From a virus: DNA of 64,000 nt. The notes beneath the pieces were generated by a model that worked only from the letters and a program-made list of their open reading frames with translations, had not been told where the DNA came from and made no database searches. Positions 52,009 through 60,572 of the stretch are shown here, piece by piece. The stretch covers positions 29,477 through 93,476 of IMG/VR virus record IMGVR_UViG_3300049137_000145. The stretch is one strand, 5' to 3'. Position 1 is the first letter of the stretch. Every line of letters starts with the position of its first letter. The position numbers and the translations under genes were made by a program.

Positions 52009-52590
52009 GTGAGGCCCGGCGTCACAGCCGTCATCCCGGCCATTCCGCCCCGCGTCGCTGACGGCAAGTTGCACCGGGCGGTGTCCTCGGTGCTCGGTCA
52101 GACGCGGCCGGTTGACGCGGTCAGCGTCAGCATCGACACCGGCCGGCTCGGCTCATCGGTCAACCGGAACCAGGCTCTGGCCGGGGTGCAAACGGAGTGG
52201 ACCGCCCTGCTGGACGACGATGACGAGTGGAGCCCCAGCCACATCGAGCTGCTGATGGACCACGCACGGGACACGGATGCTGACCTCGTCTACCCGTGGT
52301 TCGACGTCCCTGGGGGATTCGACCCCTGGCCGCACCGCGAGGGCAGGCCGTTCGACCGTGAGGCTCTGCGGAGCGAGAACTACATCCCGATCACCGTGCT
52401 GGTGCGCACGGAGTTGCTGCGGGACGTCGGTGGTTTCCGGCCCAAGGGTCCGCCGGACAACCCGTGCGACGACTGGGGGACCTGGGACGCACTGCTGGAG
52501 CGCGACGCGAAGTTCACGCACCTCAACCGCCGGACGTGGACGTGGCACTGGCACGGGGCCAATACGAGCGGGAGGCGGGACCTGTGGTGA
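52009..52590 (+). CDS. family 2 glycosyltransferase
   Basis: VTAVIPAIPPR...NRNQAL...ALLDDDDE. It is a paralogue of 42423..43073. Confidence 0.8.
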   Translation: MRPGVTAVIPAIPPRVADGKLHRAVSSVLGQTRPVDAVSVSIDTGRLGSSVNRNQALAGVQTEWTALLDDDDEWSPSHIELLMDHARDTDADLVYPWFDVPGGFDPWPHREGRPFDREALRSENYIPITVLVRTELLRDVGGFRPKGPPDNPCDDWGTWDALLERDAKFTHLNRRTWTWHWHGANTSGRRDLW

Positions 52591-53486
52591 TGCGCGCACT
52601 GATCACGGGCGACCGGGGGTTCCTCGGCCGGCACTTCACGGCGGAGCTGCGGCGTCGGGGATGGAACGTGACAGGCCTGGACACGAAGGCGTCCAGCGCT
52701 CAGGACTGCCGACTGTTCTTCAGGCGCCAGCTCACCTACCGGAACGTGCCGCATCTGACGTTCGATCTCGTCGTGCACTGCGCGGCCGTGGTCGGCGGCC
52801 GGGCGACCATCGACGGCGACCCGCTCGCCACGGCGGAGTCCCTGAGCATCGACGCGGAGATGTTCCGGTGGGCGGCCGTCGCGCGGCCGGGCCGGGTGCT
52901 GTACCTCAGCTCCAGCGCGGCGTACTCCACCTGGCTCCAGTCCGCAGGCGGACCACGTCAATCCCTGGAAGAGGACAGCTTGCACACCACGCCTCTCCAG
53001 CCGGACCAGGTGTACGGATGGTCCAAGGTGACCGGCGAACTCCTTGCCACCCGTCTCCGCAACAGCGGGGTGCCGGTGACCGTCGTACGGCCGTTTTCCG
53101 GGTACGGCGAGGACCAGGACGACACGTACCCGTTCCGGGCGATCCTCGGCCGCGTGCTGCGCCGTGAAGATCCTCTGGAGGTGTGGGGTACCGGCGAGCA
53201 GGTGCGCGACTGGATCCACGTGGACGATGTCGTCGCCGGCGCGCTGGCCGTCGCCGAGTCTGGCACCGAGGACCCGGTGAACCTGTGCACCGGCCGGGCG
53301 ACGTCGTTCCTGGAACTGGCTCGGATGATGGCGACGGCCGCCGGATACGAGCCGGTGGTTAAGCCCCTCGCGGACAAGCCGGCCGGTGTGGTGTACCGAG
53401 TCGGCGACCCGAGCCGCATGCGGCAGTACTACGAGCCGCGCGTGGACCTCATGGACGGGATCCTGCGGGCGTTGAACGTGATCTGA
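52590..53486 (+). CDS. NAD-dependent epimerase/dehydratase (SDR)
   Basis: ATG overlaps the upstream TGA (TGATG). Motifs ITGDRGFLGRH and YGWSKVTGE (YxxxK). Confidence 0.8.
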   Translation: MRALITGDRGFLGRHFTAELRRRGWNVTGLDTKASSAQDCRLFFRRQLTYRNVPHLTFDLVVHCAAVVGGRATIDGDPLATAESLSIDAEMFRWAAVARPGRVLYLSSSAAYSTWLQSAGGPRQSLEEDSLHTTPLQPDQVYGWSKVTGELLATRLRNSGVPVTVVRPFSGYGEDQDDTYPFRAILGRVLRREDPLEVWGTGEQVRDWIHVDDVVAGALAVAESGTEDPVNLCTGRATSFLELARMMATAAGYEPVVKPLADKPAGVVYRVGDPSRMRQYYEPRVDLMDGILRALNVI

Positions 53487-53491
53487 CGTCA

Positions 53492-53540
53492 GGGGTTGTG
53501 CCTCCCTCAGGGCTATGATTTAATTAAGTCATCGAGAGGG
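53492..53540 (+). promoter_or_regulatory. conserved phage promoter
   Basis: GGGGTTGTGC: -35 at 53496-501, spacer 17 nt, -10 TTTAAT at 53519-24, followed by TAAGTCATCGA. Confidence 0.7.
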
Positions 53541-53564
53541 ATCGACCAAGGAAAGCAGGACATC

Positions 53565-54014
53565 ATGGGCGAGCAAGCCAAGGTCTACGAGCGAACCGAG
53601 AACGGTGTCACCAGCATCGTCAGCGTGGAGGCCGCTCGCGCCGAAGGCGACCACGCGATGATGGCCGGCCGTCGTGACGTCCGCTCGATGTCATCCGGCT
53701 ACGGACACCACGTCATCGAGTACAAGGACGGGCGCAAGGTCACCCTGAAGATGGTGGACGCCCCGGCCGAGGAGCCCGCCGAGACGGACAGCAAGGGGCG
53801 CCTGATCGTCACCGTCAAGGACAAGCGCTACATCGTCGACCGGATCATCTCCGCCCGTCCGAAGACCGACGACTCCCCGACCTGGATCCCGGAGGCGTTC
53901 GCTAACTACTGGTCCGAGCGGGACGGCGAGATCTTCGGCCCCACGCGGAGCGCCTGCGCCAGCATGAAGCCGGGCACCGTCGGCCGCGCCATCTGGGACG
54001 CGGTGAACCAGTGA
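53565..54014 (+). CDS. hypothetical protein (149 aa)
   Basis: ATG after CGACCAAGGAAAGCAGGACATC. Confidence 0.6.
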   Translation: MGEQAKVYERTENGVTSIVSVEAARAEGDHAMMAGRRDVRSMSSGYGHHVIEYKDGRKVTLKMVDAPAEEPAETDSKGRLIVTVKDKRYIVDRIISARPKTDDSPTWIPEAFANYWSERDGEIFGPTRSACASMKPGTVGRAIWDAVNQ

Positions 54015-54069
54015 CCCGCCGGCCCGGGAGCTGCGCGGCTCCCGGGCCCGACCAAGGAACGAGGACCGC

Positions 54070-54414
54070 ATGACCGACACGAACCCCCGGCCGCTGCTGG
54101 CGCACGCGCACGAAGAGGCCGATGCGTACCTGATGGGCAAGGTGCTGGGCGGCGCCATGGAGCCCGAGGTGGCCAAGGGCCTGCGCACCGCCGGCTTCAC
54201 GGTCGCCACCCGCACGCTGTCCCACTTGCGCACGCGGGACGGAATGAGCGAGCAGGCCATCGTGGACAGCTTCCAGCGGCAGCTCGACACCGCCCGCGAA
54301 GCCGGCGACGAGCAGCGTGTCATCGTGGCGGGGTTCACCCTGGCCGTCTGGGACGGTCTGCGCGCCGACCTCGCCGAGTACCTGAGCAACGCGGGGCCGG
54401 AGGTGCAGCGGTGA
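54070..54414 (+). CDS. hypothetical protein (114 aa)
   Basis: ATG after GACCAAGGAACGAGGACCGC. Confidence 0.6.
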   Translation: MTDTNPRPLLAHAHEEADAYLMGKVLGGAMEPEVAKGLRTAGFTVATRTLSHLRTRDGMSEQAIVDSFQRQLDTAREAGDEQRVIVAGFTLAVWDGLRADLAEYLSNAGPEVQR

Positions 54415-54614
54415 AGATCGGGCCGCGCGTCGTGGCGCTGGACACTCGCCACAACACCATCTGGTATCGGCAGATCGGCGGTGCCCGGCTTCGGTTCATT
54501 CACGTGAAGGTAACCATCCTCGAACGACCGTACGTGGCCGTCACGGACGCGGACACCGGCGAGCTGGTCCGCTGCACCTGCCCCCGTTCGGACTGTCCGT
54601 CCAGGAACCACTGA
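54411..54614 (+). CDS. hypothetical protein (67 aa)
   Basis: Listed ORF with a 4-nt overlap. Confidence 0.5.
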   Translation: MKIGPRVVALDTRHNTIWYRQIGGARLRFIHVKVTILERPYVAVTDADTGELVRCTCPRSDCPSRNH

Positions 54615-54633
54615 CCGAGGAATCGAGGAAGCG

Positions 54634-54951
54634 ATGAACGAGCCGAAGGTGAGCGTCCGGGAGATCAGTCACGAGGTCCGAGTAGATCTGACCGACGCAG
54701 AACCGATGAAGACCTTCACGGGCAGGCGTCGTAAGCCGGTGGGCCTGCGCATCCGCTACGGCCTCACCCGGGGCGTCTCCCGCGTGGACGTCACCGTGGA
54801 GTTCCACAACGCGGCGGAGACCTTCCCGCCCGTCATGGAGATGCCTGAGTGGATGCGTTGGATCGTGCGGGCCAACTGTCCGGCCGACGTCGACAATCCT
54901 GACGCGGACCGCCGCACCGGTATGGGCGGCTGGCCCCTCCCGACGCCGTGA
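54634..54951 (+). CDS. hypothetical protein (105 aa)
   Basis: ATG after GACCGAGGAATCGAGGAAGCG. Confidence 0.6.
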   Translation: MNEPKVSVREISHEVRVDLTDAEPMKTFTGRRRKPVGLRIRYGLTRGVSRVDVTVEFHNAAETFPPVMEMPEWMRWIVRANCPADVDNPDADRRTGMGGWPLPTP

Positions 54952-55151
54952 AGCGCCCCGCACTCGCCTGGGACCCCGAGGCGGACCCGTTCGGCCCTTG
55001 GGAGTTCGTGGAGGCCGGCGACCGGTGCCTGGGCCACGAGGACGAGTGCATGTGGGGCCGCTGTACCGGCCGGTACTCCACGTGCCAGTGCTGCTGTCCC
55101 GTCTGCCTCGGCGAGACGCCGGAAGACTGGGGTTTTGACCCGTACGACTGA
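54948..55151 (+). CDS. Cys-rich hypothetical protein (67 aa)
   Basis: Listed ORF containing CMWGRCTGRYSTCQCCCPVC. Confidence 0.5.
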   Translation: MKRPALAWDPEADPFGPWEFVEAGDRCLGHEDECMWGRCTGRYSTCQCCCPVCLGETPEDWGFDPYD

Positions 55152-55172
55152 CCAAGGAATCGAGGAATTCCG

Positions 55173-55415
55173 ATGCAATACCTCCTGACCCGCACGCTGC
55201 CCGACGGCACCGAGAAGACCAACCCGACGCCCCTGCGCACGCTGCGCGAGGTGGAGATGGCCGTCGCGTACTGCCTGATGGACAACTCCCGCGTGCCGCG
55301 CGGCGAGGCCCGGACGTTCGCGGCCGGTTTCACCCGCCGACCGGCCGGCGAGACGATGAAGCACGAGTCGTCCGGCTACGCGTTCCGCGTGGACCGCACG
55401 GCCGACGGACGGTAA
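55173..55415 (+). CDS. hypothetical protein (80 aa)
   Basis: ATG after GACCAAGGAATCGAGGAATTCCG. Confidence 0.6.
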   Translation: MQYLLTRTLPDGTEKTNPTPLRTLREVEMAVAYCLMDNSRVPRGEARTFAAGFTRRPAGETMKHESSGYAFRVDRTADGR

Positions 55416-55424
55416 AACGGCCTC

Positions 55425-55610
55425 ATGCTTCTTCACGCACTCCCGTACGTAGCGTCCAGCCCTTACTGCCTGTGCCTCGTACAGACGTGCAACGGGATCA
55501 TCCCGAACCCCGACTGCCCCGACCACGGCTCCCGACGCGAGCCGGCGATGGAGTGGCACAAGGCGGGCGGCCCTCGTTGCCTCGCACTGTGCCCGAAGCC
55601 CAGACCCTGA
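55425..55610 (+). CDS. Cys-rich hypothetical protein (61 aa)
   Basis: Listed ORF. Confidence 0.45.
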   Translation: MLLHALPYVASSPYCLCLVQTCNGIIPNPDCPDHGSRREPAMEWHKAGGPRCLALCPKPRP

Positions 55611-55631
55611 CCGCGTGTCGAAAATTTTAGA

Positions 55632-55669
55632 CACGGAGCCCCGAGACCTCCCGGCCTCGGGGCTCCGTC
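55632..55669 (+). terminator. hairpin
   Basis: ACGGAGCCCCGAG-n10-CTCGGGGCTCCGT. Confidence 0.65.
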
Positions 55670-55676
55670 GTGTTCG

Positions 55677-55722
55677 GGGGTTGTCCCGTCGGCAGACCTA
55701 TGATTTAATTAAGTCATCGAAA
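55677..55722 (+). promoter_or_regulatory. conserved phage promoter
   Basis: GGGGGTTGTCC: -35 at 55681-86, spacer 17 nt, -10 TTTAAT at 55704-09, followed by TAAGTCATCGA. Confidence 0.7.
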
Positions 55723-55744
55723 AGGGCCTACCAAGGAGCAAGCC

Positions 55745-56173
55745 ATGCCGAAGGTCTACCGCGTCAAGGGCACCACGGACGAAGTCACCGACTGCGAGCT
55801 GTGCGGCAAGGTGGAGCTGAAGGGCACGGTCATGCTGGTGCCGCTGGACGATGACGGCAACGCCGACGGTGAGGTCAGCTACTTCGGGACGTCCTGCGCC
55901 GCCAAGGCCGCCGGATGGACGGTGCGGGACGTGCGCGCCGGCATCAAGCGCGCGGCCGACGAGGAGCGCGAGCGAAAGGAGGCCGAACGCGCGGCCGTCC
56001 GGGAAGCCGAGCAGAAGTTCCTGCGGAACTGGTACCTGGAGCACCACGGCACGCCGGACCTGCACGAAGCCGCCAAGCGCGCGGGCCTGTCGCCGGTCCG
56101 GATGTCCTCGCCTGCGATCAGTGCCCTGCGCGAGGCGCAGCGGGACGGCACGGTGCCGACGCTGACCGACTGA
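55745..56173 (+). CDS. hypothetical protein (142 aa)
   Basis: Listed ORF with leader TACCAAGGAGCAAGCC. Confidence 0.6.
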   Translation: MPKVYRVKGTTDEVTDCELCGKVELKGTVMLVPLDDDGNADGEVSYFGTSCAAKAAGWTVRDVRAGIKRAADEERERKEAERAAVREAEQKFLRNWYLEHHGTPDLHEAAKRAGLSPVRMSSPAISALREAQRDGTVPTLTD

Positions 56174-56261
56174 CCACCCCGGGCCCCGGAGCTGGTTGGT
56201 GATTCCGGGGCCCTGCACCACCCTGACCAAGGAACCAAGGAACTGAGGAATCGAGGAAGCC

Positions 56262-56510
56262 ATGCGAGCCAAGACACCCGAGGGCCAGCGACTGGAAGCC
56301 GCCGCGCGGGAGAAGCTGAGCCGCCTTGCGAACGAGGCTCTGAGCATGACGTGGCTGCTCACCGAGGCGATGCCGATGAGCGAGGAACTGGCCATGACGC
56401 GCGGCTGGCTGATGGACGAGCTGGAGACGCGCATGGGCGAGGAGAAGTTCGACGCGTGGATGTGGACCGACGGTGACGCCGTGGACCCGCTCCCGTTCCT
56501 GGTCGGTTGA
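56262..56510 (+). CDS. hypothetical protein (82 aa)
   Basis: ATG after the triple SD-like leader GACCAAGGAACCAAGGAACTGAGGAATCGAGGAAGCC. Confidence 0.6.
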   Translation: MRAKTPEGQRLEAAAREKLSRLANEALSMTWLLTEAMPMSEELAMTRGWLMDELETRMGEEKFDAWMWTDGDAVDPLPFLVG

Positions 56511-57127
56511 CCATGGAACGGATCTGGCGGAACGCCCAGTCCATCGGTGAGCTGGGCGCGGCAATGGCCGGCTGGCTGGAGGGGTGGATCGACTCGCGGC
56601 CCGGCTACGCCCCGCGCTGTGGGCCGGACGAGGAGACCGCGCACCTGGTGCCGATCCTGGCCCGGCTGAACAGGCGGGGCTTCGTCACCACGGCTTCACA
56701 GCCCGGACTCACCGGACCGGCGTTCGACGGCCGGCCTTGGACACAGCGCGCTGCTGTGCAGGGCTGGATCTGCACCAGTGACCCGTTGCTGAACCGGATC
56801 ATCCGGGCATCCAGGACGGCAGGGCTCATCGTCACCGCGTACGGCCCTGGGAGGGCTGTGGGCCCGCGTCGTGACCTAGTGGCGACCAAGTGGGGCGGTG
56901 AGCCGCACACCGGCTTCGGAGGCCGTCCACGACGCTTCCAACGCGATTCAGACCTGTCCGGCGTCGGCCCGGCGGTTCGCCGTGAGCTGACCCGCAAAGG
57001 TGTCGCCCTTGCCGTCATCGACCCCGTATGGGGCCGGGACACAGTGCTCTGGCCGGCCCTGGGCCGGGCCATCGACTACCGCGAGCACGAGCCGACGACG
57101 CCTGCCTGGGCGCGCATCGACCACTGA
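56507..57127 (+). CDS. hypothetical protein (206 aa)
   Basis: Listed ORF with a 4-nt overlap. Confidence 0.6.
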   Translation: MTMERIWRNAQSIGELGAAMAGWLEGWIDSRPGYAPRCGPDEETAHLVPILARLNRRGFVTTASQPGLTGPAFDGRPWTQRAAVQGWICTSDPLLNRIIRASRTAGLIVTAYGPGRAVGPRRDLVATKWGGEPHTGFGGRPRRFQRDSDLSGVGPAVRRELTRKGVALAVIDPVWGRDTVLWPALGRAIDYREHEPTTPAWARIDH

Positions 57128-57146
57128 CCAAAGAGATGAGGACCCC

Positions 57147-57653
57147 ATGACCACATCCACCGACCACCAACCCGAGCAGTTCTACTTCGACGCTGAGACC
57201 GAGCACTGCCCGCACAAGCCCATCCCCGAGCGCTACACCGACGCCTGGGACGAGTGGATGACGCTCGGCCACCAGCCCTACGACGACGGCATCCTCTGCC
57301 TGTCCGCCCCCGCAGGAGTCGGCTGCCCGGCCTGCACCGCTGAGCACGGCGACATCGTGCCGTGGTCCCACTGCGAGAACCGCGACCACGCCCGGCCGCT
57401 ACCGAAGACGAACACGCCCCAGCACCGGCCTGTGACCGTCGAGGTCGCCGGGCTGAAGTGCCTGGAGCGCGAGTGCGAGGAGTTCTTCACCGACAACGGC
57501 GACGAGGTCCCCGGCAAGGAGACCTGTTCGCACTTCCACGAGATGGAGGTCTGCGAAGCCTGCTCCGAGCCGCCGACGGCAGACGCCGACCCGTATCCGC
57601 CGGTCGTCGCCTGGGCCGACTGTCAGCACAAGCCCACCCCCGCGCCTGTGTGA
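57147..57653 (+). CDS. Cys-rich hypothetical protein (168 aa)
   Basis: ATG after GACCAAAGAGATGAGGACCCC. Confidence 0.6.
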   Translation: MTTSTDHQPEQFYFDAETEHCPHKPIPERYTDAWDEWMTLGHQPYDDGILCLSAPAGVGCPACTAEHGDIVPWSHCENRDHARPLPKTNTPQHRPVTVEVAGLKCLERECEEFFTDNGDEVPGKETCSHFHEMEVCEACSEPPTADADPYPPVVAWADCQHKPTPAPV

Positions 57654-57706
57654 GCAGTACCCCACCAAGCCCCGAATCCTCACCGATTCGGAGCTCTTTC
57701 GCGTCC

Positions 57707-57752
57707 GGGGGTTGTGCCCGCCCGGCACCTATGATTTAGTTAATCCATCGGA
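57707..57752 (+). promoter_or_regulatory. conserved phage promoter
   Basis: GGGGGTTGTGC: -35 at 57712-17, spacer 17 nt, -10 TTTAGT at 57735-40, followed by TAATCCATCGG. Confidence 0.7.
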
Positions 57753-57798
57753 ACGGCCGACCGGCCGGAACGACGGACCAAGGAATGAGGAACCGACC

Positions 57799-58221
57799 AT
57801 GACGAAGACCTCCCGCTCCCGCCGCCGGATCGTCCGTGAGCGTGCCGCCGCCACCCGCTTCACCCGGTCCCTGCGCAAGGGCCGCAGCCTTGCGACGCAC
57901 GCCATCGCGGCCGGCGTGGACGCCGAAACGGCCGCCGGTGTCGCGAACGGCCTGCGTTCTGTGGCCAAGCGGATCGGGATGGAGCCGGCCAAGGTCGCCC
58001 GCACGCACCGCACCACCGAGGGCCGCGCGGCCCGGCTGCGCAAGGTGAACCACTTCACCGCTGCCCAGGTCGCCGAGCTTCTGCGCAACTACAAGCCGCG
58101 CAAGGCGGAGTACAAGGCGGCCGTGGTGCTCATGGTCCTGGCGCACGGCGCCCCGGTGACCGTCCGCCAGACGACCCGCCCGGCCGCCGCCGTCCCGGCG
58201 CGCGAGCTGGTCAACGTCTGA
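57799..58221 (+). CDS. basic hypothetical protein (140 aa)
   Basis: ATG after GACCAAGGAATGAGGAACCGACC. Confidence 0.6.
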   Translation: MTKTSRSRRRIVRERAAATRFTRSLRKGRSLATHAIAAGVDAETAAGVANGLRSVAKRIGMEPAKVARTHRTTEGRAARLRKVNHFTAAQVAELLRNYKPRKAEYKAAVVLMVLAHGAPVTVRQTTRPAAAVPARELVNV

Positions 58222-58402
58222 CACAGCCCGCCCCGGGGCCGTCGACCGGCGGCCCCGGCCCGAGCAGAGACACAAGGAGAACCGACGGCTACACCCTCAC
58301 AGGCGACTGAGCACCGCTCGGGGCCACGGCCGGACGTCCCGTCCGTGGCCCCTGTGAGGCAGCTCAGCCTCCGACCCGCGAGACACGAGGAGAACCGACA
58401 CG

Positions 58403-58546
58403 ATGGCCACCGGACCCGAGATGAGCGAAGACCAGCGCATCGCCCTGGAGATGCTGGCGGAGCACGGCGGGGAGTGGACGAGATCGTCCGGCTGGCACGT
58501 CGGCAGCGCGTCCAAGACAGTCCGCCTGTTCGAGTCGCTGGAGTAG
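58403..58546 (+). CDS. small protein (47 aa, MATGPE...)
   Basis: Hand-translated ORF below the track cutoff. Its start lies in direct-repeat copy A, and its last codons lie in the left 33-bp inverted repeat. Confidence 0.45.
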   Translation: MATGPEMSEDQRIALEMLAEHGGEWTRSSGWHVGSASKTVRLFESLE

Positions 58547-58775
58547 CTGGTCATAGGGTCCTACTTTCCTGGATGGCTACTGGCCTGGTGGCCCGGACGT
58601 CCCCGGGGTGCTACGGGATGACCGCCCAGGGGTTCAGCGTGACGGAAGACCACCTGAACAGCCTCCCGTCGGACGAGTTCTGAGCATCGCTCGGGGTCAC
58701 GGACGGGACGTCCGGCCGTGGCCCCTGTGAGGCAGCTCAGCCTCCAACCCGTGAGACACGAGGAGAACCGACACG

Positions 58776-59045
58776 ATGGCTACCGGACCCGAGCACTACC
58801 GCGAGGCCGAACGACTGCTGGAACGAGCTGAGACGTGGGAGAACGCGGACACTGGGTGGAAGGCCCACCTGTCCAGCGAGGAGCGTATCGCCCGACGAAC
58901 GGCGGACATCGGCACTGCCACGGCCCACGCTCTGCTCGCCCAGGCCGCCGCAACGGCGCTGAGCGACACGCACCCGAACGGCGAGGGCATGCCGGAACGC
59001 GACTTCAAGGAGTGGAAGAAAGCGGCAGGCACCCCGAAGTCCTGA
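58776..59045 (+). CDS. hypothetical protein (89 aa, MATGPE...)
   Basis: Listed ORF with its start in direct-repeat copy B. Confidence 0.55.
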   Translation: MATGPEHYREAERLLERAETWENADTGWKAHLSSEERIARRTADIGTATAHALLAQAAATALSDTHPNGEGMPERDFKEWKKAAGTPKS

Positions 59046-59136
59046 GCCCCACGTGGACGTCATCGGCACCGCGCCGGTGGCGCCCCCGAGGCGGCTCAGC
59101 CTCACCGACCACCGACCAAGGAATGAGGAAACGATC

Positions 59137-59292
59137 ATGGGTATCGCGTTCACGTCCCCCGCCGGCCACCCGCGCGGGTCCCAGCCGGCCGAACAGATGG
59201 CACGGGAAATCCGGACCAACGGCGGTCAAGCCGAGGTGAAGATGGACATGGCCACCGACAGCTTTCGTGTGCACGTCCCGGACGAGGACTGA
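59137..59292 (+). CDS. hypothetical protein (51 aa)
   Basis: ATG after GACCAAGGAATGAGGAAACGATC, inside listed ORF 59053..59292. Confidence 0.5.
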   Translation: MGIAFTSPAGHPRGSQPAEQMAREIRTNGGQAEVKMDMATDSFRVHVPDED

Positions 59293-59352
59293 CCGACCTC
59301 CGGCCCCGCCGCCCGGCGGGGCCTCTCCCGTTGACCCCTGGAGGAACCGACC

Positions 59353-59679
59353 ATGCCCCGCTTCACCTACTCCGAGACCGTGGATCAGGCAGCCCGCATC
59401 CTGTTCGCCGAGCACCGTGTCTCTGTCAGCGATCTGTACGGAAAGTGCACCGCGCCCGGCTATGTCGTAGACGAGAGCACCGACGGAAAGGTCCGCGTCT
59501 CTCACCGGATGCCCGAGCCGGACCTGCTGGACGACGACCGCATGAGCGACGACGAGATGGCTGCCGAACGGCACCGGATGGTGGACGCCTATGCCGCCAC
59601 CCTGGCCGCCGCCGGATGGGCCGTGGAGCGCAAGGGCCCCCGCAACCGTCGGCCGTACCTGCTGGCCCGGCCGTCCTGA
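59353..59679 (+). CDS. hypothetical protein (108 aa)
   Basis: Listed ORF after GGAGGAACCGACC. Confidence 0.6.
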   Translation: MPRFTYSETVDQAARILFAEHRVSVSDLYGKCTAPGYVVDESTDGKVRVSHRMPEPDLLDDDRMSDDEMAAERHRMVDAYAATLAAAGWAVERKGPRNRRPYLLARPS

Positions 59680-59724
59680 CCGCACTTCACCGAAGAACCT
59701 GTGCCCCGGGGTTGCCCTCACCCC

Positions 59725-59760
59725 GGGGCACAGTTATGATTTAGCTAAATCGACCGGTTA
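59725..59760 (+). promoter_or_regulatory. AT-rich promoter-type box (atypical spacing to GGGGTTGCC)
   Basis: TTATGATTTAGCTAAATCGACC. The upstream GGGGTTGCCC is 22 nt away instead of 17. Confidence 0.45.
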
Positions 59761-59795
59761 GGTCGGAGACCAAGGAACCAGGAAAGTAGGACCCT

Positions 59796-60257
59796 ATGAC
59801 CAGCTACTCCGTGGAGCGGCCGACGCTCCCGCGCGGTACCGCGCTCCGCACCCGTCCCGGACTGGTCCACCTGCGCATCGGCCAGGCGACCACCGGTCAG
59901 CCGGTGACCATCCGCACCCTGGACGAGAGCGGCAACGAGGTCGAGTTCCCTGCCGTTTACGTCCGCCGGGACAGCAACGGCCTGCACATGCGCTGCTCCC
60001 GCGAGGGCGAGAACCAGACCCGCCGGTACCGGCCGTCGCAGGTCTTCCCGCGCCGGGAGATCTACCGCCGGTGGACCGTGACGCTCAAGCACAAGGCCGT
60101 AGAGGCCGACGGCAGCGGTGACGAGCTGCTGCCCGTGTTCGTCAATGCGCGCACGGAGCTGGAGGCGCGGTACCTGGCGCTCCAGCAGGTCCGTGCCGAG
60201 CGCGGTCCGCGCGCCAACTGGTCGTTCACCCTCCACTCCGTCAAGCGGGGGCGCTGA
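59796..60257 (+). CDS. hypothetical protein (153 aa)
   Basis: Listed ORF. The RBS, the ATG and the first 5 codons lie in the right 33-bp inverted repeat. Confidence 0.6.
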   Translation: MTSYSVERPTLPRGTALRTRPGLVHLRIGQATTGQPVTIRTLDESGNEVEFPAVYVRRDSNGLHMRCSREGENQTRRYRPSQVFPRREIYRRWTVTLKHKAVEADGSGDELLPVFVNARTELEARYLALQQVRAERGPRANWSFTLHSVKRGR

Positions 60258-60260
60258 CCC

Positions 60261-60572
60261 ATGACTGTCGACACCCTGTCGCGCCGAGCCCTGCTGGAGA
60301 TGAAGCAGGGCAGCGACTTCGCGCCCCGGGTCAAGGTCTGGCCGCCCGAGGGCTACGTTGCTCCGACATCCGAAGAGTTCGCCGCGCTGCGGCAGGCGGC
60401 CCGGCGATACTCCCGGGCGACCTTCCGGGACGCTACCTGGAAGCACGTGGACGACGACCAGGTGCTGCGCCGGTCGGTCGAACAATCCGGTGGACTCCGC
60501 CTGGTTCTGCGCGCGGTGCTGGAGCGGCGACGACGAGCTGGAGGACGAGGTCGGGGCGGAGGACGAAGGTGA
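60261..60572 (+). CDS. hypothetical protein (103 aa); 3' end frame doubtful
   Basis: Listed ORF. From about 60485 the codon bias favours the +1 frame (see findings). Confidence 0.5.
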   Translation: MTVDTLSRRALLEMKQGSDFAPRVKVWPPEGYVAPTSEEFAALRQAARRYSRATFRDATWKHVDDDQVLRRSVEQSGGLRLVLRAVLERRRRAGGRGRGGGRR

